Shown piece by piece: positions 55,197 through 64,000 of a DNA stretch of 64,000 nucleotides. Below the pieces are notes generated by a model. That model saw nothing but the letters and a program-made list of their open reading frames with translations. It was not told where the DNA came from and searched no databases. The DNA is taken from the NCBI RefSeq assembly GCF_009914755.1, contig NC_060925.1, one strand, 5' to 3'. The DNA comes from the human T2T-CHM13v2.0 reference genome, Homo sapiens. Positions within the stretch are counted from its first letter, which is position 1. Each line of letters begins with the position of its first letter. Both the position numbers and the translations under genes were made by a program.

Positions 55197-55459
55197 GAAA
55201 ACTGGCACAAGACAAGGATGCCCTCACTCACCACTCCTTTTCCACATAGTATTAGATGTCCTGGCCAGAGCAATCAGGCAAGAGAGATAAATAAAGGGCA
55301 TCCAAATAGGAAGAGAGAAAGTCAAACTATCTGTTTACAGGTGACATAATTCTATATCTAGAAAACCCCATAATCTTGGCCCAAAATCTTCTTCAGATGA
55401 TAACTTCAGCAAATTTTCAGAATAACAAAATCAACATACAAAAATACCTAGCATTCACT

Positions 55460-58400
55460 TTCTTAAGATGACCAACTAGAAGCAGCTGTGGTCCACGGTA
55501 CTCACAGAGAGGAATGAAAGTGGTGAGTGAATACACACCTTTAACTGAAATATTCAGGTTCTTGCATTGGGAGTGATTAGGCATAGAAGTCAACCCATGC
55601 AGAATGAAGAAAAGCAGGGTGGGGCAACATTTCACCTGAGAGTGGCACATAGCCAAGGGAAGCCCCACCCCAAGCCAAGGGAGGTGGTGAGTGATTATGA
55701 GACCCTGCTTGGGAAACAATGCTTCCCCCATGGATCTTTGCAACATTTGCATCAGGAGATCCCCACGTGAGCCATGCCAACAGGGCCTTGGGTCTGACAC
55801 ACAGAGCTGTGTGGATCTCGGCACAGCAGCTACTCAGGCATACACAGAATCCCAGAAGCTTTACATACTCTTAGCCCAGGGATCCCCAGCAAGCCTAGAG
55901 GTTCATACATATCCTTAGGCAGGGGGCTGAATCCAGGGAGCCAAGCAATATTATTCTGTGGGCCCCACTTACAGGGTACCTCACAAAATAAGATCCACTG
56001 GCTCGAAATTCCAGCCAGCCAGCAACAACAGAGTGGAAACTGCCTGAGACGGTGTTCCTGGTGGGAGGGGCCTCTGCCATCTCTGTGGTTTGGTCAGCTC
56101 AGCCATTCCAACCCACTGGTTTTGGAGAGTCCAAAGAGCACACACAAGAAAGGGTCCCCTCAGTGCAGCGCAACCATTTTGCCAGATCATGCCCAGACGG
56201 CTTCTTTAAGCAGGACCCCAATTCACTCTTCCTCAAGGGGCGGGTCCTCCCAGCTGGGTCCTGGAGCCACTCTCATCCATGTTCTATGATGGACAAAGCT
56301 CTAATTTCCCCCTGGGGAGGAGTGCCTGGGGAGTGGGGCAAGTCGCCACTTTGGCTGCCTTGGCTGTTTGTGCTTCTCAGTCCAACCTGTGGGCCTTGAA
56401 GAGCCCATACCAATCAAGGGCTGAAGGAATCCCCAACAAAGCACACCCGCTCTACCAAAAAGCAGCCAGACTTCTTTAAGCGGGTCTCCGATCCCATTCC
56501 TCCTGATTGAGACCTCCCAACAGGGGTCTCCAGCCACCTCCTGCAGGTGCACTCAGGATAGCAACAGGTCAGTAACCCCCACTGGAACAGAGGTTCCAGA
56601 GGAAAGAGCAGGCTGTCATCTTCACTGTTTCACAGGCTTCACTGATGATACCTCCAGATATGGGAAAAACCGAAGCAACTAGGGTCTGCAGTGGACCCCA
56701 GTAAACCACAGCAGCTCTAAGGAAGAGTAGCCTGATTGTTAAAAGAAAAAACAAGCAAACAAAAACAACAACGACAACATCAACAAAAAGACTGCACAAA
56801 AAGCCCATTCAAAGGTAAGCAATCTCAGAAATCAAAGGTAGATAAGCCCAGAAAGATGAGAAAGAATCAACACAAAAATGCTGAAAACTTAAAAAGCCAG
56901 AATGCTCCTTCTCCTCCAAAAGACTGCAACACCTCTTTAGCAAGGGCTCGAACTGGGCTGAGGCTGATTGCTGAAATGACAAAAGTAGGCTTCAGAAGGT
57001 GGGTAATAACAAATTTCACTGAGCTAAAGTAGTATGTTGTAACTAAATGCAAAGAAGCTAAGAATCGCGACAAAGCAATACAGGAGTTGACAGCCAAAAT
57101 AGTCAGTTTAGAGAGGAACATAACCAACCTATTAGAGCTGAAAAACAAACTACAAGAACTTCACAATGCAATCACAATTTACTAAATACACCAAGTGGAG
57201 GAAAGAATCTCAGAGCTTGAAGACCATCTTTCTGAAATAAGGCGGGCAGACAAGAATAGAGAAAAAAGAATGAAAAGGAAAGAACAAAATCTCTGATAAA
57301 TATGGGATTATGTAAAAAGACCAAACCTACAACTGATTGGGGTACGTGAAAGAGACAGGGAGAATGGAACCAAGTTGGAAAGCATACTTCAAGATATCAT
57401 TCAGGAGATCTTCCCCAAACTAGCAAGACAGGCCAACATTCAAATCCAGGGAATGCAGAGAACTCCAGTAAGATACTCCATGAGAAGATCAACCCAAAGA
57501 CAATAATCAACAAATTCTCCAAGGTCAAAATGAAAGAAAAAATGTTAAGGCAGCCAGAAAGAAAGGCCAGGTCACCTACAAATGGAAGCTCATCAGACTA
57601 GCAATGGATCTCTCAGTGGAAACACTACAAGTCAGAAGAGATTGGGGACCAATATTCAAGATTCTTGAAGAAAATAATTTTCAAACTAGAATTTCATATC
57701 TGGCCAGACTAAGCTTCATAAGCAAAGGAGAAATAAGATCCTTTTCAGACAAGTCAATGCTGAGAGAATTTGTCACCACCAAACCTGCCTTGCAAGAGTT
57801 CCTGAAGGAAGCACTAAATATGGAAAGAAAAAAACTATTACTAGCCACTACAAAACAAAACTGTTACTAGCCACTACAAAAATACACTGAAGTAAATGGA
57901 CCAGTAATACTATGAAGCAACCACATAAAGTCTGCAAAATAACCTGCTAGCATTATGATGACAGAATCAAATCCACACATAACAATACTAATAACAATAC
58001 TAACCTCAATGTAAACGGGCTAAATGTCCCAATTAAAAGATGCAGAATGGTTAACTGGATAAAGAGTCAAGACTCATTGGTATACTGTCTTCAAGAGATC
58101 CATCTTACATACAAGGCTCAAAATAAAGGGAAGAAGGGAAAGTTACCAAGCAAATGGAAAATAGAAAAAAGCAGGGGTTTCTATCCCAGTTTCCTGACAA
58201 AACAGACTTTAAACAAACAAAGATCAAAGAAGACTGAGAAGGTCATTACATAATGGGAAAGGGGTGAATTCAACAAAAAGATCTAACTATTCTAATATAT
58301 GTGCATCCAATACAGGAGCACCCATATTCATACAGTGAGTTCTTAGAGAACTTCAGAGACTTACATTTCCACAAAATAATAATGGGAGGCTTTAATACCC

Positions 58401-61400
58401 CATGGACAATATTAGACAAATCACCAAGACAGAAAATTAACAAAGATATTCAGAACCTGAACTCAGTACTGGATCAATTTGACCTGATAGATATCTAAAG
58501 AATTCTCCATCCAAAACCAACAGAATATACATTCTTCTCATTGCCACATAGTACTTACCTTAACATTGATCACATTATTGGAAGTAAAACACTCCTCAGC
58601 AAATGCAAAAAACTGAAATCATAACAAAAAAATCTCTCACACCACAGCACAATCATACTAGAACTCAAGATTAAGAAATTCACCCAAAACCAGAAAACCA
58701 CATGAAAATTGAACAACCTGCTCCTGAATTACTCTTGAGTAAATAATGAAATTAAGACAGAAATCAAGAAGTTCTTTGAAACTAATGATAACAAAAATAC
58801 AACGTACCAGAATCTCTGGAGCACAGCTAAAGCAGTTGTAAGAGGAAAACTTATAGCACAAAATGCCCACAACAAAAAGCTAGAAAGATCTCAAGTTGAC
58901 AACCTAACATCACAGTTAGAAAAACTAGAGAACCAAGAGCAAACAAACCTCAAAGCTAGCAGAAGACAACAAATAACCAAGATCAGAGCTGAACTGAAGG
59001 AGATAGAGACATGAAAAACCCTTCAAAAATCAACAAACCCAGGAGCTGTTTTCTTGAAAAAATTAATAAAATAGATATACCACTAGCTAGACTAATAAAA
59101 AAAAAGAGAGGAGATTCTAATAAACACAATCGGAAATGATTTGGGGGATACCACCACTGACTCCATAGAAATACAAAAAACCATCAGAGAATACCATAAA
59201 CACCTCTACATATGTAAACTAGAAAATCTGGAAGAAATAGATAAATTCTTGAAAACATACACCCTCCCAAGACTCAACAAGGAAGAAATTGAATCCCTGA
59301 ACAGATCCAATAATGAGTTCTGAAATTTATGCAGTAATAAATGGCTTACCAACAAAAAAAGCCCAGGACCAGATGGAGTCACAGCTGAATTCTACCAGGG
59401 GTACAAAGAAAAGCTGGTATTATTTCTGCTGAAGTCCTTCCAAAAAATTGAAAAGGAGGGACTTCTCCCTAAATGACTCTATGAAGCCAGCATCATCCTA
59501 ACACCAAAACCTGGCAGAGACCAAAAAAATGAAAATTTCAGGCCAATATCCTTGAGGAATATTGATGCAAAAATTCTCAATAAAAAACTGGCAAACTGAA
59601 TCTAGCAGCACATCAAAAAGCTTATCCACCATCATCAAGTAGGCTTCTCTCCCAAGATGCAAGGTTTGTTCAACATACACAAATCAATAAATGTGATTCA
59701 TCACATAAACATAGCTAAAGATAAAACCACATGATTATCTCAATAGATGCAGAAAAGGCCTTTATAAAATTCATCATCCCTTCATGTTAAAAAACACTCG
59801 ATAAACTAGGTATTGATGGAACACACTCAAAATGTTAAGAGCCATATATGACAAACCTCTAGCCAATACCACACTGAATGGGCAAATGCTGGAAGCACTC
59901 CCCTTGAAAACCAGAACAAGACAAGGATGCTCTCTCTCTCATCACTTCTATTCAACATAGTATTGGAAGTTCTGGCCAGGGCAATCAGGCAAGAGAAATA
60001 AATAAAGATATTCAAATAGGAAGAGACAAAGTCAAACTGTCTCAGTTTGCAGATGACTTATAATCCTATATCTAAAGATCCCATCATCTCAGCCCAAAAG
60101 CTTCATAAACTGTGAAGCAACTTCAGCAAAGTCCCAGGATACAAAATCAGTGTGCAAAAATCACTTGCATTCTTATACATCAAAAACAGGCAAGCCAAAG
60201 CCAAATCATGAATGACCTCCCATTCATAATTGCCACAAAAAAGAATAAAATAGCTAGGAATACAGCTAACAAGGCAAGTGAAGGACATCTTCAAGGGGAA
60301 CTACAAACCACTGCTCAAAGAAATCAGAGATGACAAGAACAAATGGAAAAACATTCCATGCTGATGGATAAGAAGAATCAATATCGTGAAAGTGGCCATA
60401 CTGCCCAAAGAAATTTATAGATTCATTGCTATTTCCATTAAACTACTATTGACACTATTTAGAGAATTAGAAAAAACTATTTTAAAATTTATATGGAATC
60501 AAAAAAGAGGCTGAAGAGCAAAGACAACCCTAAGCAAAAAGAACAAAGCTGGAAGTATCATGCTACCTGACTTCAAACTATACTACAAGGATACAGTAAC
60601 CAAAGCAGCACAGTACTGTTACAAGAACATACACATAGACCAATGGAACAGAATAGAGAACCCAGAAACAAGACTGCACACCTACAACCATCTGATCTTT
60701 GACAAACCTGACAAAAACAAGCAATGTGGAAAGGATTCCTTATTTAATAAATGGTGCTGGGAGAACTGGCTGGCCATATGAAGAAAATTGAAACTGGACA
60801 CCTTCCTTACACCATATAAACAAAATCAACACAAGATGGATTAAATACTTAAATGTAAAACCCAAAACCATAAAAACCCTAGAAGAAAGTCTAGGCAATA
60901 CCACTCAGGACATAGGCATGGGCAAAGATTTCATGACGAAAACACCAAAAGCAATTGCAACAAAAGCAAACATTGACAAATGAAATCTATTTAAACTAAA
61001 GAGCTTCTGGACAGCAAAAAAAATGATCAACAGAGACAACCTACAGAATGGGAGAAATATTTGCAGTCTATACATCTGACAAAGGTCTAATATCCAGCAT
61101 CTATGATGAACTTAAACAAATTTATTTATTTAAAAAAAATTGAAAAGTCGGCAAAGGACATCAACAGAAACTTTTCAAAAGAAGACATACATATGGCTCA
61201 GGAACATGAAAAAAAACTCAATATCAACAATCATTAGAGAAATGCAAATGAAAACCACAATGAGATAAGATCTCACACCAGTCAGAATGGCTATCATTAA
61301 AAAGTCTAAAAATAACAGATGCTGGCGAGGTTGCAGAGAAAGGGAACACTTATACACTGTTGGTGGGAGTGCAAATTAGTTGAATCATTGTGGAAAGCAG

Positions 61401-62035
61401 TGTGGTGATTCCTCAAGGAGCTAAAAAGAGAACTAGCATTTGACCCAGCAATCCCATTATAATCCCTTTATATTCCCGAAGGAACATAAATTGTTCTACC
61501 ATAAAGACATACATGCACACATATGTTCACTGTAGCACTATTCAAAACAGCAAAGAGTTGAAATCAATCTAAATGTCCATCAATGATAGACTGGATAAAG
61601 AAAATGTGGTACATATACATACCATGGAATAGTATGAAGCCTTAACAAGGAATGAGATCATGTCCTTTGCAGAAACATGGATGGAGTTGGAAGTCATTAT
61701 TCTCAGCAAACTATCACAGGAACAGAAAAGCAAACACTGCATGTTCTCATTTATCAATCAGTGGAAACAGAATGATGAGAACGCATGGACACATTGGGGG
61801 AAACAACACACGCTGGGGCCTGTTGGAGTGTGAGGGATAGGAGGAGGAGGGAGAGTATCAGGAAGAATAGCTAATAGATGCTGAGCTTAATACCCATTAT
61901 GCTGATGGGTTATGCTGATGGGAGTGATCTTGTGCAGCAAAACTCCATGGCACACATTTACCTATGTAACAAATCTGCACATCCTGCACATGTACCCCAG
62001 AAATTAAAATAAAAGTTTTTTAAAAACACACAAAA
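55460..62035 (+). mobile_element. Full-length older L1PA (about PA10-13), heavily mutated
   Basis: Long old-type 5'UTR ('aagatgaccaactagaagcagct'); ORF1 from about 56856, ORF2 from about 57958; 3'UTR and A tail. Confidence 0.88.
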
Positions 62036-62044
62036 AAACCTATG

Positions 62045-62185
62045 ACTGTGTTCATTTCACAAATGAGAAGACTGAGACTTAGAGAGGTTCTGTAATTTAT
62101 TCAAGGTAATATAGCTGGTAAGTTGTAGAACCAGAGCTTGTATCTTGTTTTATTTGAATCTTAAACCTGATTATTGGCCACCACA
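62045..62185 (-). mobile_element. MIR relic
   Basis: 'catttcacaaatgagaagactgagacttagagagg'. Confidence 0.6.
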
Positions 62186-62329
62186 CTTTACGGACTTCTT
62201 CCCTTTTGCCCCTTCAAAGCCCAGATTAATCCCAACTCTACCATGTATTCCTTTTTGCAGGAGTCAGGTAAGTGCCACAAGGCATAAGAATTAACACTTT
62301 TTCTCAACAAAAAGTAGAGTGAAAAAGTT

Positions 62330-64000
62330 AGCCTTATACTAGCATTGCCCTAATATCAAAACCAAACAAAGATATTACAAGAAAAGAAAGCTACAGACAC
62401 AGACCAGGCTAAAGAGGATAATTACATGATCATATTAATAGATGCAGAAAAAGAATATGACAAATTCTAACACCCATTCATAATAAAAAAAACTCAGCAA
62501 ACTAGGAATAAAGAACTTTCTCAATTTGATAAACAACACCAACAAAAAAATCTATAGCAAACCTCTTACTCAATGGTGAGAAACTTGAAGCTTTACCACT
62601 AAGATCAGGTAACGTAAGGATGTCCTCTTTCACCACTGCCTTTCAACATCATACTATAAGTCCAGATAATGCAATAAGAAAAGAAAAAATAAAAAGCATA
62701 CAGATTGAGAAAGAAAAAATAAAACTGCTTTTGTTCACAAAGGATATGATTGTCTTTGTAGAAAATGACAAAGAATCAACAAAAACAGAAAGAAAAAGGA
62801 ATTCAAATGAATAAGTAATTATAGCAAGGTGGCAGGATACAAGATTAATATACAAAAGTAAATCACTTTCCTATATACCAGAAATAAAAAACTTGAATTT
62901 GAAAGTAAAAACACAATGCCATTTACATCAGCAATCCAAAATATCAAACACTTAAATATAAATCTAACAAAATGAGTACAAGCTGTATATAAGAAAAACT
63001 GCAAAACTCAGATGAAAGAAATCAAAGCACTAAATATATGAAGAGATATTCCATGTTCATGGACAGAAAGACTCAACACTGTCAAGGCGTTCATTCTCCT
63101 TAAGTTGATTTATAAATTAAATCAAATTCCAATAAAAATCCTAGTAAGTTATTTTGTGAATATTGCCAAAGTTATTCTAAAGTTTAGATGGAGAGGCAAA
63201 AGACCCAGAAGAGCCAACCCAATATTGAAGAAGAACAAAGTCACAGGCAGATACTACCCAACTTCAAGGCTTACTGTAAAGCTTTCATAATCAAGATAGT
63301 GTGGTATTGGTGAAAGTATAGACAAATGGATCATGAAAACAGAATAGAGAGTCCAGATTAGACCCACATAAATATGCACAACTGATCTTTGATAAGGGAG
63401 CAAAGGCAATACAATGAAGCAAAGAGAGTTTCTTCAGCAAATGTTGCTGGAAGAACTGGACATCCCTATCCAAAAAAAAAAAAAAAAAATCTAGACACAG
63501 ATAGACCTTACACCTTTCACAAAAACTAACTCACAGACCTAAATGTAAAATGCAAAACTATAAAACTACTAGAAGATAACCTAGGAGAGAACCTAGATGA
63601 GCTTGGGTTTGTTAAAAACTTTTAAAACACAATACCAAAGGTATAATCCATAAAAGAAATAGTTGATACACTAAACATCATCAAATTAAAAACTTCCCCT
63701 CTGTGAAGACACCCTGAATGAGAATACAAGCAACAGACAGGAAGAAAATATATGGAAAACACATATCTGATAAAGGACAGGTATCCAAACTACACAAATA
63801 ATTCATTAAATTCAGCAATAAGAAAACAAACAACTCAGTTTAAAAATGACTAAAGATCTGAACAGACACCTCACCAAAGAAGATGTAAAGATGGCAAATA
63901 AGTATATGAGAGATGCTGAACATCACATGTCATTACAGAATTGCAAATTAAAACAATGACATACCACTATAAACCTATTAGAATGGCCTATCCATCCTGG
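62330..64000 (+). mobile_element. Old L1M (MA/MB-type) ORF2 fragment, runs off the window end
   Basis: Degenerate ORF2 peptides (62620..62814, 63105..63290). Confidence 0.75.

Overview
Primate (most likely hominoid) genomic DNA, AT-rich and made mostly of transposable elements. I cannot identify any protein-coding gene, RNA gene or CRISPR array. Nearly all long ORFs are broken pieces of LINE-1 ORF1/ORF2, MaLR internal sequence or Alu. Contents: three complete MaLR proviruses (one MST-like, two THE1) plus a solo THE1 LTR; a full-length, inactivated young L1PA2/3 nested in an L1PB; a twin-primed (5'-inverted) L1; a full-length older L1PA; four Alus; and many MIR/L2/L3/L1M relics. The most unusual stretch is 44-56 kb. 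There a near full-length L1PA5-7 has its 5'UTR intron precisely spliced out (SpIRE) and carries a ~180-bp HERV-H gag zinc-knuckle fragment in the opposite orientation inside the same target-site duplication. Next to it, an inverted L1 with a 3' transduction shares many private mutations with it, consistent with gene conversion. Several small locally templated insertions are also visible. I see no convincing new functional system; the best candidates are unusual retrotransposition and repair events. Subfamily names and consensus comparisons come from memory and need RepeatMasker/Dfam confirmation.
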